A DNA stretch of 63,869 nucleotides, counting the filler, from Octopus bimaculoides (Eukaryota): NCBI RefSeq assembly GCF_001194135.2. It is 6 parts of 6 records of this genome, joined end to end, with 100 filler letters (N's around TTAATTAATTAA, not from the genome) between each part and the next. Parts side by side here need not be neighbours in the genome. Positions count along the whole stretch, not along the records: positions 42,474 to 52,854 come from NW_026295425.1; positions 52,955 to 59,340 come from NC_068985.1; positions 59,441 to 61,882 come from NC_069001.1; positions 61,983 to 63,869 come from NW_026428304.1; 2 more parts are not named here. One strand, 5' to 3'. The translations under genes and the position numbers were made by a program. Below the pieces are notes generated by a model that was not told the origin of the DNA, ran no database searches, and saw nothing but the letters and a program-made list of their open reading frames with translations. Of the stretch, positions 50,265-62,465 are shown piece by piece (position 1 is the stretch's first letter; each line of letters begins with the position of its first letter).

Positions 50265-50480
50265 AAGGCAGCGAGCTGGCTGAATCGTTAACACAACGGA
50301 CAAAATGCTTCGCATTTCATCCGTCTTTACGTTCAGATTCGAATTTCGCCGGAGTCGATTTTGCCTTACATCTCTTTTGGGGTCGATGAAATAAGTACCA
50401 GTTTCACACTGAGGTCGATGTAATCGATTTACCTCTTCCCCTAAAAATCAGGCCTTGTGTCTACAATAGAAAGATTATTA
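50265..50480 (+). mobile_element. SINE family A
   Basis: taaggcagcgagctggctgaatcgttaacac...gattcgaatttcgccggagtcgattttgcc...gtaccagtttcacactgaggtcgatgtaatcga...ggccttgtgtctacaatagaaagattatt. Confidence 0.88.
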
Positions 50481-51984
50481 TAGGCCTTGTGGCTATAATA
50501 ATTGACTGTTACAACAGATGAAATCTCTAAGAAAGTTGACGAGTGTCTAGAGACACACGGCTTCCAGCTGCAATATGAACATATTCTTCAAGAAGGTCAG
50601 TTGAACTCCATGGTATTTATAAGCTCAACAAAATGTTCTAGAATGATCTATAACCCTTTAGTGAACGAAAATTTTAACTTTCCTTTCTTTTTACTGTCAC
50701 CAATTGACATCGTAAATAATTGGCTGGATACCAGCAAATATAGAAGTATTGTTCACCAGCAACATTTATGTATATTACTAAATATACAGCTATTATTAGA
50801 CAGCGATTTGGGGTTTTCAACTTAAACATCCCAGGTTCGAATTCGTGGAAGACCATCAGCTACAGAAGTATTACTAAAATTCATTTTACTGCTGGTATGA
50901 TACTTTGAATTTCAGCCCCTTATCTGAGATGTTGCCTCAAAGTGTGTGTGTGTGTGTGTGTGTAANNNNNNNNNNNNNNNNNNNNNNNNNNNNNNNNNNN
51001 NNNNNNNNNNNNNNNNNNNNNNNNNNNNNNNNNNNNNNNNNNNNNNNNNNNNNNNNNNNNNNNNNNNNNNNNNNNNNNNNNNNNNNNNNNNNNNNNNNNN
51101 NNNNNNNNNNNNNNNNNNNNNNNNNNNNNNNNNNNNNNNNNNNNNNNNNNNNNNNNNNNNNNNNNNNNNNNNNNNNNNNNNNNNNNNNNNNNNNNNNNNN
51201 NNNNNNNNNNNNNNNNNNNNNNNNNNNNNNNNNNNNNNNNNNNNNNNNNNNNNNNNNNNNNNNNNNNNNNNNNNNNNNNNNNNNNNNNNNNNNNNNNNNN
51301 NNNNNNNNNNNNNNNNNNNNNNNNNNNNNNNNNNNNNNNNNNNNNNNNNNNNNNNNNNNNNNNNNNNNNNNNNNNNNNNNNNNNNNNNNNNNNNNNNNNN
51401 NNNNNNNNNNNNNNNNNNNNNNNNNNNNNNNNNNNNNNNNNNNNNNNNNNNNNNNNNNNNNNNNNNNCACATTTTTCTGTAACATATGGGTAGTTTATCC
51501 TGTTCATGTTATAAAAATTACTTCCTTAATATATATTATGTAATATATATATATATTATATAGTAATTGTTCAGTTTGGGTACATAAAAATTAAGGGGGA
51601 GATAAGTCAACTTTTTACCCTACTTTTTACACAATATAAAGACTGGCGAAATATGACTTCTCTCAAAAAATGAACGTTAACGAACAGATTTCTTCCTTTT
51701 ACAACGCTTGCAGTGCCATAATTTTCCATTAGTGACGTCACCACGTGTAGTAAGGCCACATGGTGAATTACAATTTTCACAGGTGTACATATTCATAATT
51801 AGTCGAAGCCGTGCCACCCACTGAAGAATGTTGTCTCCAGCTTTTTCCTTATTGAAAGATAGTCCACGATTCCTCTAAGATTGATTCGTCCCTTTGCTTC
51901 TTTTACTACTTATCTCCTCCTTTCGTAAATACACAAACATCGGTGGTCAAGTGATGATGGGGGTACAAACTCAGACAAACATAT

Positions 51985-52222
51985 TGGCTGTGTGGTAAGT
52001 AGCTTTCTTACAAACCACATGGTTCCAGGTTCAGTCCCACTGCGTGGCACCTTGGGCAAGTGACTTCTGCTATAGCCTCGGGCCGACCAAAGCCTTGTGA
52101 GTGGATTTGGTAGACGGAAACTGAAAGAAGCTTGTCGTATATGTGTGTGTGTGTGTGTGTATGTTTGTGTGTCTGTTTGTACCTCCAACATCGCTTCACA
52201 CACACACACACACATATGTGTG

Positions 52223-52269
<47 letters not shown>

Positions 52270-52470
52270 TTGTGTGTCTGTGTTTGTCCCCCCCCACTGA
52301 TGCTTGACAACCGATGTTGGTGTGTTTACATCCCCGTAACTTAGCAGTTCGGCAAAAGACACCAATGGAATAAGTACTAGGCTTTCAAAGAATAAGTCCT
52401 GGGTCTACTAAAGGCAGTGCTCCAGCATGGCCACAATCAAATGAATGAAACAAGTAAACGAATAAGAATA
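51985..52470 (+). mobile_element. SINE family B, full length with expanded internal microsatellite
   Basis: tggctgtgtggtaag...ggttcagtccc...ggcaccttgggcaagtgactt...(TG/CA/TA tract)...gctccagcatggccacaatcaaatgaatgaaacaagtaaacgaataagaata. Confidence 0.9.
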
Positions 52471-52672
52471 ATATATATATGCATACATGTATAACATATA
52501 CATACATATTTGCATATATACATATATATTTAAGTGTAAAGAAGTTAAAATATGTATGTATCATTTACTACATGCATGAAATTTGATGTGGTTCATATTT
52601 AAATCCCTTAAAAACGTATTATTTCACATTCTCTCTAATTTCTAGATTTCAATGATGTCATTATGTATATAT

Positions 52673-52830
52673 AGGCGTGGCTGTGTGGTAAGAAGCTTGC
52701 TTCCCAACCACATAGTTCTGGGGCCAATCTCAATGCGTTGTACCTTGGGCAATTGTCTTCTATTATAGTCTTGGGCCGACCAAAGCTTTGTGAGCGGATT
52801 TGATAGACAGAAACTGAAAGAAACCCATCA
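52673..52830 (+). mobile_element. SINE family B, 5' half running into a gap
   Basis: aggcgtggctgtgtggtaagaagcttgcttcccaaccac...ccttgggcaattgtcttc...gaaactgaaagaaaccc. Confidence 0.85.
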
Positions 52831-53461
52831 TGTATATATAGGTGTGTGTGTGTGNNNNNNNNNNNNNNNNNNNNNNNNNNNNNNNNNNNNNNNNNNNNTT
52901 AATTAATTAANNNNNNNNNNNNNNNNNNNNNNNNNNNNNNNNNNNNNNNNNNNNATATATATATTGCAGTTGGTGCATCGAAATTGTTCCACACAGACTT
53001 GTGCTGATGCAAAATTTCATTTCGTTCCATCTAAAATCAGAGTTCAAACCGCACATCAGCCAATAAAATAATCATTATTAGATAATAAGGGTTTTTATGT
53101 GATCTCTCGCTTTTTTAAAAATATACGGCAATGCTTCCTAAAAATTTCCTTCATGTATAGAAGGAAATGAGGGTATGAGCGTAACTGTAATGCCTTTGAT
53201 TACAGGTTTTCACAATCAGGATTTAACAACTACAATATTAACAGATAGCAACAATATACAATTGTTAATTACATCAATGGATTCAACAATCTCATGCGCA
53301 CAAGCGGTGCCGCAGCATGACATGCTAACTGTGATTCTATGATTTGACATAGCCTCAGACAAACTAAAATACTAAAAAGACGAAATTATATAATCAGGAA
53401 ATTTCTGCATAAAATCATAATTCCCTCAATCACCTTATAGCTTAGCTAGTTTTGTGCTTTG

Positions 53462-53490
53462 CTGAGGAGGAGCATTATGATCGAAGCATA
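53462..53490 (+). ncRNA. degenerate minimal hammerhead-like motif
   Basis: CTGAGGA-G-GAGC-ATTAT-GATC-GAAG-CATA differs from an intact CTGANGA-R-GAGC..GCTC-GAAA-CGTA motif at three positions. Confidence 0.3.
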
Positions 53491-54347
53491 ACGAGAATTG
53501 TTACAAGCTTCCGTTTCTATGTTACCGCCATTTGATCTTTAATTAATTTAAGTTTGGATGTTGTTTTCTTTGTCTTTCTTGACAAAACCTAATCATTAAA
53601 CGCTGGTTATTTTTCTCTGCACTACAAATGGATGCGGCAGGGGGCTCTCCTCCGTCATTCATCGATGTGGATTCTGTTGATGGATTAGCTGAACTACCTT
53701 ACCTGCTCCTTAATTAACGTGTATATGCCCAAGCAGGTACTATTCCCTTAATGTAATCGTAAGTCAGAACCAACATGACAGAATGTTCGTCAAGGATGTA
53801 CATTTTGAATTACAGCGCAATTTCCTCTAACTAGCTTATACACAATTTTTGTTACCCATTTTCACTCACAAGCTATGAGTGAAGATGGTGCAATAGAAAA
53901 AAATGTCATTTGCCAAAGATATCACGAAATGGAATCGAACCCGTGACCTTGGAGTTAGCCATACCGATATAATACTAATTAACTAAAAACCTATAGTACA
54001 CTCATTACATTAAGTATACTAGCCTTCACTTCAGTAAAGGCTTAACGAAGGTCAATAAAAGCCAGCTTGTCAATAGAAATCATAATTATTTGAGTTTTTT
54101 CTTTTCTTTTTTGTTCTTGTTTTTGATGTTATTTTTCTCTCTTGCAGTCATTGATATTTTCCTTATCTCATATCAATCATAATTTCCTTATCAATTCTAT
54201 TTGCTGTCAGTACGACTGACCACATCACATTAAGGTAACCTTTGAAGTGGGTTTTATTCTACCAACATACATTTACATTGATACATATACATACTTACAC
54301 TCACACACATGTATACATACATACACACATACACATACGTAAAAATG

Positions 54348-54457
<110 letters not shown>

Positions 54458-54623
54458 CATAGAGAGATGTATATAAATGTTTATACGTTCATATATATAC
54501 ACATATGTATAAATATGTGCATGTATATGTGTATAGTTGTGTAACTCTCTTTCCGTTTGTATGTGTGCATATTCGCAAGTGTGTATAAGTGTAAATATGC
54601 GTGTATGCTTACGTGTAATTATA

Positions 54624-54667
<44 letters not shown>

Positions 54668-55406
54668 GGTCTATTTTACAATTTCATAGCCCGTTCTCAC
54701 CCATCTTCCTCCTCCTACCAAGTAAACTTATAAAAACTAAGACCGAAACAATAATAAATAATTAAATGAATAAATATATAAATATATAAATGAATAAATA
54801 AATAAATATAATGAAAGCTACAGTATATTTCTAACTAAAAGTAAACAGAGAAAACTAATTCCGGTCTATCATATAATGTCTGACAACGTTAGCTAATATT
54901 AGATGTAATTTAGGTGACAGCATTAATTATGGATATCAGCGATGTTCCTTCGAAAATTCTAATAGAATACGAACCCTATATTTGCCATCTCAAGATCAAG
55001 CACTTTAAAGTGTGATAGTTTAGAAACTGAAAGAAAAAATTTAAGTTTATACCGCCTTTCGTTTGTCTTGAGAGATTCCATTTCAAATTTGTATAGCACA
55101 AATTTGTATAGACATTACTACTGTTTTCTCTTTTCGATTATCTGGTGCGTATTTATAATTTATTTACACATGTATGTCAGAAACGGGGCATCATGTCTAA
55201 GAATATAGTTAAATTATCAACTACGAAAGACGAAAAAAGAATATTCCATTAGAATCCTAAATCTGAAACTACAACGGAAGTAGTCAACACCAATGCTACA
55301 AACAACTTCCTGTACACGGATTGCTTCATAACGAGTTCGAAAAGTTGAACAACAGAAACGCTTATACACAATACAAAAACTTTCTTCCAAAAAGTTCGTA
55401 TCATCT

Positions 55407-55611
55407 TTTATTCTCTATCTTTTACTTGTTTCGTATAGGTATACGACCATGCTGCAGCACTGCCATGAAGATTCTTAGTCAAACAAATCAACACTAGTAC
55501 TGATATTTGTTTTATCGGTCGCTTTTTGCTGAACCTCCATATTACAGGTACGTAAACAAACCAACGCCGATGTCAAAATGTGTAAGGTGAGACACAAACA
55601 CAGAAATACGC

Positions 55612-55620
<9 letters not shown>
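55407..55620 (-). mobile_element. SINE family B, 3' half
   Basis: ttttacttgtttcg...gaccatgctgcagcactgcc...ttagtcaaacaaatcaac...ttttgctgaacc. Confidence 0.75.
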
Positions 55621-55656
<36 letters not shown>

Positions 55657-56219
55657 NNNNNNNNNNNNNNNNNNNNNNNNNNNNNNNNNNNNNNNNNNNN
55701 NNNNNNNNNNNNNNNNNNNNNNNNNNNNNNNNNNNNNNNNNNNNNNNNNNNNNNNNNNNNNNNNNNNNNNNNNNNNNNNNNNNNNNNNNNNNNNNNNNNN
55801 NNNNNNNNNNNNNNNNNNNNNNNNNNNNNNNNNNNNNNNNNNNNNNNNNNNNNNNNNNNNNNNNNNNNNNNNNNNNNNNNNNNNNNNNNNNNNNNNNNNN
55901 NNNNNNNNNNNNNNNNNNNNNNNNNNNNNNNNNNNNNNNNNNNNNNNNNNNNNNNNNNNNNNNNNNNNNNNNNNNNNNNNNNNNNNNNNNNNNNNNNNNN
56001 NNNNNNNNNNNNNNNNNNNNNNNNNNNNNNNNNNNNNNNNNNNNNNNNNNNNNNNNNNNNNNNNNNNNNNNNNNNNNNNNNNNNNNNNNNNNNNNNNNNN
56101 NNNNNNNNNNNNNNNNNNNNNNNNNNNNNNNNNNNNNNNNNNNNNNNNNNNNNNNNNNNNNNNNNNNNNNNNNNNNNNNNNNNNNNNNNNNNNNNNNNNN
56201 NNNNNNNNNNNNNNNNNNN

Positions 56220-56274
<55 letters not shown>

Positions 56275-56287
<13 letters not shown>

Positions 56288-56490
56288 TTTGTCTTTATTT
56301 GTCCCCCTAACATGCTGGTGTGTTTGCGTCCCCGTAACCTAGCGTTTCGGCAAAAGTGACCGATAAAATAAGTACTAGGCTTACAAAAAATAATTCCTGG
56401 GGTCGATTTGCTAGACTAAAGGCGGTACTCCAGCATGGCCACAGTCAAATGACTGAAACAAATAAAAGTATAAAAGAATAAAAGAATAAT
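56275..56490 (+). mobile_element. SINE family B, 3' half
   Basis: gtccccgtaacctagcgtttcggcaaaag...gactaaaggcggtactccagcatggccacagtcaaatgactgaaacaaataaaagtataaaagaataaaagaata. Confidence 0.9.
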
Positions 56491-56849
56491 ACATATATAT
56501 ATATGTATATATTTATATATAAATAGCCTGCTCGAAAGTGTTGGTCAAACTAAGGCTCCATATATGCAGTTTCATTTAGAAGACATTTATGGAAAGAGCT
56601 ACTCGATCTGATGGTGAATAATTGTGTGAAGGGCAGCTTACCCACAACCACCAGTTTGATATTGACCTCTATACAATACATACTGCATAATCACTGCCGT
56701 CTTTCCTATTTATTTATTTATTTATTTTTATGCAAGTGGATGAAGCGAAATGTTCACCATCATCAATGTGTTGTAGGCATCTTTATTGGTGGACTGAATT
56801 CAGCTCTGCACAAGACGCCCAAGATTCCTTTCTCAATTGTATTGATAAC

Positions 56850-57066
56850 TAAGGCGGTGAGCTGACAGAAGCGTTACCATGCCGGGAGAAATGCTCAGCG
56901 GCATTTCGTCTGTCTTTGTGTTCTGAGTTCAAATTCCGCCGAGGTCGACTTTGCCTTTCATCCCTTCGCGGTCGATAAATTAATTACCAGTTGCCTACTG
57001 TGGTCGATCTAATCGACTGGCACCCTCCCCAAAAATGTTGGGCCTTGTGACTAGAGTAGAATAAAT
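56850..57066 (+). mobile_element. SINE family A, full length
   Basis: taaggcggtgagctgacagaagcgttacc...gagttcaaattccgccgaggtcgactttgcctttcatcc...ggccttgtgactagagtagaataaat. Confidence 0.92.
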
Positions 57067-57698
57067 TTTTATTGATAACTAGTCACTTCTGCTGCTCGCT
57101 GGGTTAAATCACATCGACGTAAGAGGTGTGAATGTGTTTGGAGCCAACGACAGGTACTCAATGTAGTCGCTAGACCTAATACCCAAACCTCTCTCAAGTA
57201 CACCTCTATCATCATAACCATTTGCTGGTTGCATCTTCTACTTGCGTCATGCATGTGCCGCATATCTCACAATAGAGCAACAGCAGCACCAATAGATATG
57301 ACCGATGATAATGATGAAACAACAGCCACATTAGATAATGTAGTTTTGTGTATATTATTCAAATAAACACAACGGAATCGTCATAGCTAGAACACCTTTG
57401 AAGTAGGTCTGTTTAATCAAGGTGAGCTTTTAACTAAACAACAGCCACAACACAATATGCCTGTCACTGGAAATACATGAGTGTTGAGATTTAAAAGATT
57501 TTCTTTTTCAATCTCTCTATCTATGCATTATTTGATGAAGTAAAAGTATCGATAAGTGCTACAATGTGTTATAATAAACTAGATGTGTTCTAATCTCAAG
57601 ACATTTGTTAAGGACACAAGTGGCACGAAACCATATGATATAACAATCTGTAGCACGAACCAAAGACAGAGCTCTACTGTGTTTGTGTGTGTATCTAT

Positions 57699-57950
57699 GT
57701 GATTAGGATATTCGGCTCATGATCGTAAAGTCATGAGTTTGATTTCCAGCGGCACGTTCTGTCTATGAGCAAGACACTTTGTTTCATGTTGCTCCAGTCC
57801 ACTCAGCTGGCAAAAATGAGAACCTGTATTGTCACTGGAAGTCAGCCTTGTCACATTCTATGTCATTTTGAATTTCCCTGAGAACTACGTAGAGGGCAGC
57901 TGTGTCTGTTGAGTGCTTAGTCACTTGCACGTTAATTCCATGAGCAGGTG
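57699..57950 (+). mobile_element. SINE family C (tRNA head plus CORE/Meta-like domain)
   Basis: Degenerate head gagtttgatttcc, then tgagcaagacactttgtttcatgttgctccagtccactcagctgg, which resembles the conserved central domain of CORE/Meta-type SINEs. Confidence 0.65.
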
Positions 57951-57970
57951 TAAATGACAGTATGTATATA

Positions 57971-58838
57971 TTCGAGGTGGTATCAAAAGGTTTTAGGACT
58001 ATTTGCGTTTAATAAAAATAACTTATTTACCAAATATTTAACAGCGTTCCTGCCACTTTTGGAATCTAACCTGGAAGTCGTTTTCCGTAAGCTTGTCTAA
58101 GAACTTCTGCGATTCGCTCTGGATCTTGACAACAGTGTTAAAACGGCGACCTTTGATCTGCATTGTCATCTTGGGGAAGAAATGGAAGCAGGTGCTGAAT
58201 CTGGCGAATAGGGTGGGTACAGAAGCGATAACATGTTGTTATTGACGAGTAACTCACAACTGAAAAGAGCTCGGCGACAGGGTGCATTGACGTCATGAAG
58301 AATCCAATTCTTCACGCTCCACAGATCCGGTCGCTTTCGCCAAATGTCCTCCCTCAAACGCTTCAAAACGTTACAGTACAACTCTCGATTGACGGTCTGG
58401 CCTTGTATTTTTTTGGCGGGGAGGGGGGGGGAGAATTCTTGATGCACAATATCACATTTTCCGGGGTGGCGCTCGTAGCAGTTCTTACAGATCGCTCATC
58501 GTCTTCCAAGGACGTTCTCCCGCTTTTGAAGCGCCCGTGCCACTCGAAACAGTGCGTACGACCAATTACTGAATCATGCTCAATGTCTCTATAGCAGACT
58601 TCCCAAGTTTAACGCAAAGTTTCTTGTTCGCTTTATACTCCTGACCGTGACAACGCCACAGACAACTGCAAAGACGTAATCATAGAACACAAATTTCACA
58701 ACATCCGAAGTAAACACCGCAATGTCACTCGGCACACTGCATCATGAAGGTCACTGCTATCTCTCACTGCGCACGCAACTGTGTGATAGCATCTGTTCGC
58801 GCACTACAGAACTCGTCCAGAAATTCTTTGATATCACC
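57971..58838 (-). mobile_element. mariner transposon, internally deleted; same family as 5367-6282
   Basis: TIRs cgaggtggtatcaaaaggttttaggact and tcgtccagaaattctttgatatcacc. Minus frame GQTVNRELYCNVLKRLREDIWRKRPDLW..KNWILHDVNAPC..YPPYSPDSAP (YSPDLAP motif). The 5' non-coding region aligns with copy 1. Confidence 0.92.
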
Positions 58839-59286
58839 ACACACACACGCACACACACACACACATATATATATATATAAACACGCACACCTAGATACCT
58901 ACACACATTTGTACACAAATAGATACATACCTATACACCGACAAAAATTTCACATATTCCTATATTCTTACACAGGCGCTCGCACGCGCACTCACAATCC
59001 CACACATGCACACACACACACAGGTATATAATCGATATGCTTGACAATGAAACGGAACTGAACCCCGACGTCAGTAGTTAATGGATGTTGACCAACAGAA
59101 TGTCAATTGAAATAATTTAGACATCTTATTGAACTGTAGCCCCGAACACACCGGCTTAGCTCTATGGCTGCGTTTTAAAAGCATCTTCCTTCAGGTGGTC
59201 TTAGAACATGACTATAAGTAATCCCATCACTCTGAATGAAGAGCCGATTAAATGTGATGTAAGCCTTAGAGATTTGCTTTATGCAC

Positions 59287-59340
<54 letters not shown>

Positions 59341-59440
59341 NNNNNNNNNNNNNNNNNNNNNNNNNNNNNNNNNNNNNNNNNNNNTTAATTAATTAANNNN
59401 NNNNNNNNNNNNNNNNNNNNNNNNNNNNNNNNNNNNNNNN

Positions 59441-59481
<41 letters not shown>

Positions 59482-60584
59482 ATGAGAGAGAGAGAGAAAG
59501 AATGAGAGAGAGAGAGAGAAAGAGAAAGAGAATGTATATTTTGATATACACCCTTATGTATATAAATATATATGTATGTTTCTTGGTCTGTGCTTATATG
59601 TGCGTTCGTGTGTGTGTGCGCTTGAAGGTGTGTTCGTTTATGTATGTATGTATGTATGGTTGACTCAAAATGGAAGCTATAATTTGAATGTACTATCGTG
59701 ACATTTGCTATATCTTAATTAGGGACAATTACCTCGTACTCTAATTGGGCTATGGTAGACTGTACTCTAATTAGACAAATATAAATCTGTTCGTCTACGG
59801 TTGGTATATGGCAGTATGCGTGTATAAATGCTTCTATGTGTATATATGTCTAAATACAAATAACACACACAGATATATATATATATATATATATATANNN
59901 NNNNNNNNNNNNNNNNNNNNNNNNNNNNNNNNNNNNNNNNNNNNNNNNNNNNNNNNNNNNNNNNNNNNNNNNNNNNNNNNNNNNNNNNNNNNNNNNNNNN
60001 NNNNNNNNNNNNNNNNNNNNNNNNNNNNNNNNNNNNNNNNNNNNNNNNNNNNNNNNNNNNNNNNNNNNNNNNNNNNNNNNNNNNNNNNNNNNNNNNNNNN
60101 NNNNNNNNNNNNNNNNNNNNNNNNNNNNNNNNNNNNNNNNNNNNNNNNNNNNNNNNNNNNNNNNNNNNNNNNNNNNNNNNNNNNNNNNNNNNNNNNNNNN
60201 NNNNNNNNNNNNNNNNNNNNNNNNNNNNNNNNNNNNNNNNNNNNNNNNNNNNNNNNNNNNNNNNNNNNNNNNNNNNNNNNNNNNNNNNNNNNNNNNNNNN
60301 NNNNNNNNNNNNNNNNNNNNNNNNNNNNNNNNNNNNNNNNNNNNNNNNNNNNNNNNNNNNNNNNNNNNNNNNNNNNNNNNNNNNNNNNNNNNNNNNNNNN
60401 NNNNNNNNNNNNNNNNNNNNNNNNNNNNNNNNNNNNNNNNNNNNNNNNNNNNNNNNNNNNNNNNNNNNNNNNNNNNNNNNNNNNNNNNNNNNNNNNNNNN
60501 NNNNNNNNNNNNNNNNNNNNNNNNNNNNNNNNNNNNNNNNNNNNNNNNNNNNNNNNNNNNNNNNNNNNNNNNTCTATCTATCTA

Positions 60585-60638
<54 letters not shown>

Positions 60639-60711
60639 CGGGAGAATTTACGAAAAAAACAACAGACGAAGACAGGTGAAGTAAACAACAAATGGATGTA
60701 TTAGTTTAGCG
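60639..60711 (-). mobile_element. second, truncated copy of the 38599-38735 repeat family, lacking the hammerhead end
   Basis: Reverse complement cgctaaactaatacatccatttgttgtttacttcacctgtcttcgtctgttgtttttttcgtaaattctcccg aligns with 38658-38735 and is followed by (TA)n. Confidence 0.8.
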
Positions 60712-60815
60712 TATATATATGTATATACGTATATGTGTATGTGTGTATGTGTAACCACGTGTATTAAGAAACTTTTTTGTTTTTTTATAAGCGTTGAAGT
60801 ATGTATTGTAAGATA

Positions 60816-61011
60816 CAAATAAGATGACAATCTATTTTCGAACGCAGTGACGCCGTTAGAACAGCAGAAACATTGGGGTAAGTTACCCTTAGAAAGCGGG
60901 AAAATTAGGGTGGTTTTTGACAAATTTCTCCGCCATTCTAAAGGTAATTTGCAGTGTTTCTGCTCTCCTAACGACGACTCTGCGTTCGAAAATAAATTAT
61001 CATCTTATTTG
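60816..61011. mobile_element. fold-back MITE (196 bp) with TA flanks
   Basis: TA|CAAATAAGATGA...TCATCTTATTTG|TA. Arms 60816-60906 and 60923-61011 are reverse complements along their full length with scattered mismatches; loop about 16 nt. Confidence 0.85.
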
Positions 61012-61115
61012 TATATATGCATATTTATATATGTATACAAATGTATGTATGTATGCATGTATGTATGTATGTATGTATGCATGTATGTATGTATGTATGT
61101 ATGTATGTATGTATG

Positions 61116-61155
<40 letters not shown>

Positions 61156-61214
61156 AGAGAATAAGAATCGCAAATATCTTGGAATCATGTACTATGCTTT
61201 CGTCTATTGTTTTA

Positions 61215-61440
61215 GGTGCATATGTAGTCTCGAAAAGACAGAAACCATCTTCTTTGAACTGGCGGAGCATCCAGAATATCACATATAGCTCATATATTGT
61301 ATCAGAGAAGGTTGAACCAGGACACTGCATGCTCTCTTTTGAGGTGCGAAGAGCAGACCAACGTGAAACGACATGGCTTGTAATAAGGACGCATCGCATC
61401 TCCGTCTCCGAGGATTGAACTGACAATCTTATGATCACCC
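61215..61440 (-). mobile_element. SINE, family C-like, diverged
   Basis: Minus strand: B-box-like agttcaatcc, then gcgtccttattacaagccatgtcgtttcacgttg (CORE-like). Confidence 0.5.
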
Positions 61441-61721
61441 TAACCTCCTAACCTGTATGTTTATATAATATACACACACATATATGTGTGTGCATATCTA
61501 TGTACATATGTCTGTATGCATATATGTGTGTTTATATGTATATGTGTATGTATCATATGAGTATATGTGTATACATATGCACACACATGCACACATGCAT
61601 GTTTAATGAACACACCACGTACTCACAGATATACATATTTGTTAGTTATCTATATGTATGCACATGTATGTATTTGGAGCATATATATATATATACATAT
61701 ATATCGTAGCGGATTAACTTG

Positions 61722-61782
61722 GATTATCCATGCAATTAGTAGATTATCCATGCAGTTTTGTCTTCTAATTGCATGGATAATC
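61722..61782. repeat. perfect 18-bp inverted repeat enclosing a partial direct copy
   Basis: gattatccatgcaattag (61722-61739), direct partial copy gattatccatgca (61742-61754), inverted copy ctaattgcatggataatc (61765-61782). Confidence 0.85.
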
Positions 61783-62429
61783 TCGGATAATTGATGCTAT
61801 TTTCAGCTCACTCTATTAATATGTCACATCAGATCCTGCAGTATTTAGCATTTAGCATATATATAGTTTTTCCTTATCTATTNNNNNNNNNNNNNNNNNN
61901 NNNNNNNNNNNNNNNNNNNNNNNNNNTTAATTAATTAANNNNNNNNNNNNNNNNNNNNNNNNNNNNNNNNNNNNNNNNNNNNTATATATAATTGTGTTTA
62001 TATGCGTCTATATATGTGTATATGCGTGTGTATGTGCATGAATGTGTGTGCGTCAGTATCTAGAATTGCAGTAATTAGTTCATCACAGTGGGGTCACTTT
62101 CCACAACTAAATGTCCATTAATTATTCCAATATTGAAATATAGAAATATTTAGTGGTACCGAGAAAAAAAAAATTAATAAATAAATACATAAGAAATAAA
62201 AAAATAAAAAAAAGCAGAAATTAACAAAAACGAAAGTAAAATATATAATACTCGTAAATTGGAGGAGAAAAGAAGGAAAAGATGCAGAGAAAGAGAGACA
62301 GCGAGAGTGTATCGTCATTTAGAAACACGACTGATGGTTAGAATGAAATATATAATTAGAAATATCACAAATGTGTTGATGACGGTAGAAGTGGTGGTGG
62401 TGGTTGTGGTGATGGTGGTGGTGGTGGTG

Positions 62430-62465
<36 letters not shown>

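Noticed and set aside
50502-50825. 107-aa ORF MTVTTDEISKKVDECLETHG...
   Set aside because: No domain, no splice support, and a length expected by chance.
51593-51640. TTAA|GGGGGAGAT, resembling a Kolobok-type terminus
   Set aside because: No inverted partner or coding remnant found.
54130-54240. Strong acceptor-like tttttctctcttgcag and downstream AG|GTAACC
   Set aside because: All three frames contain stops; no evidence for a coding exon (a non-coding exon cannot be tested here).
55230-55385. RKKNI...KQLPVHGLLHNEFEKLNNRNAYT resembling the PLE RT-endonuclease linker
   Set aside because: Similarity too low, with stops and wrong spacing; needs a profile search.
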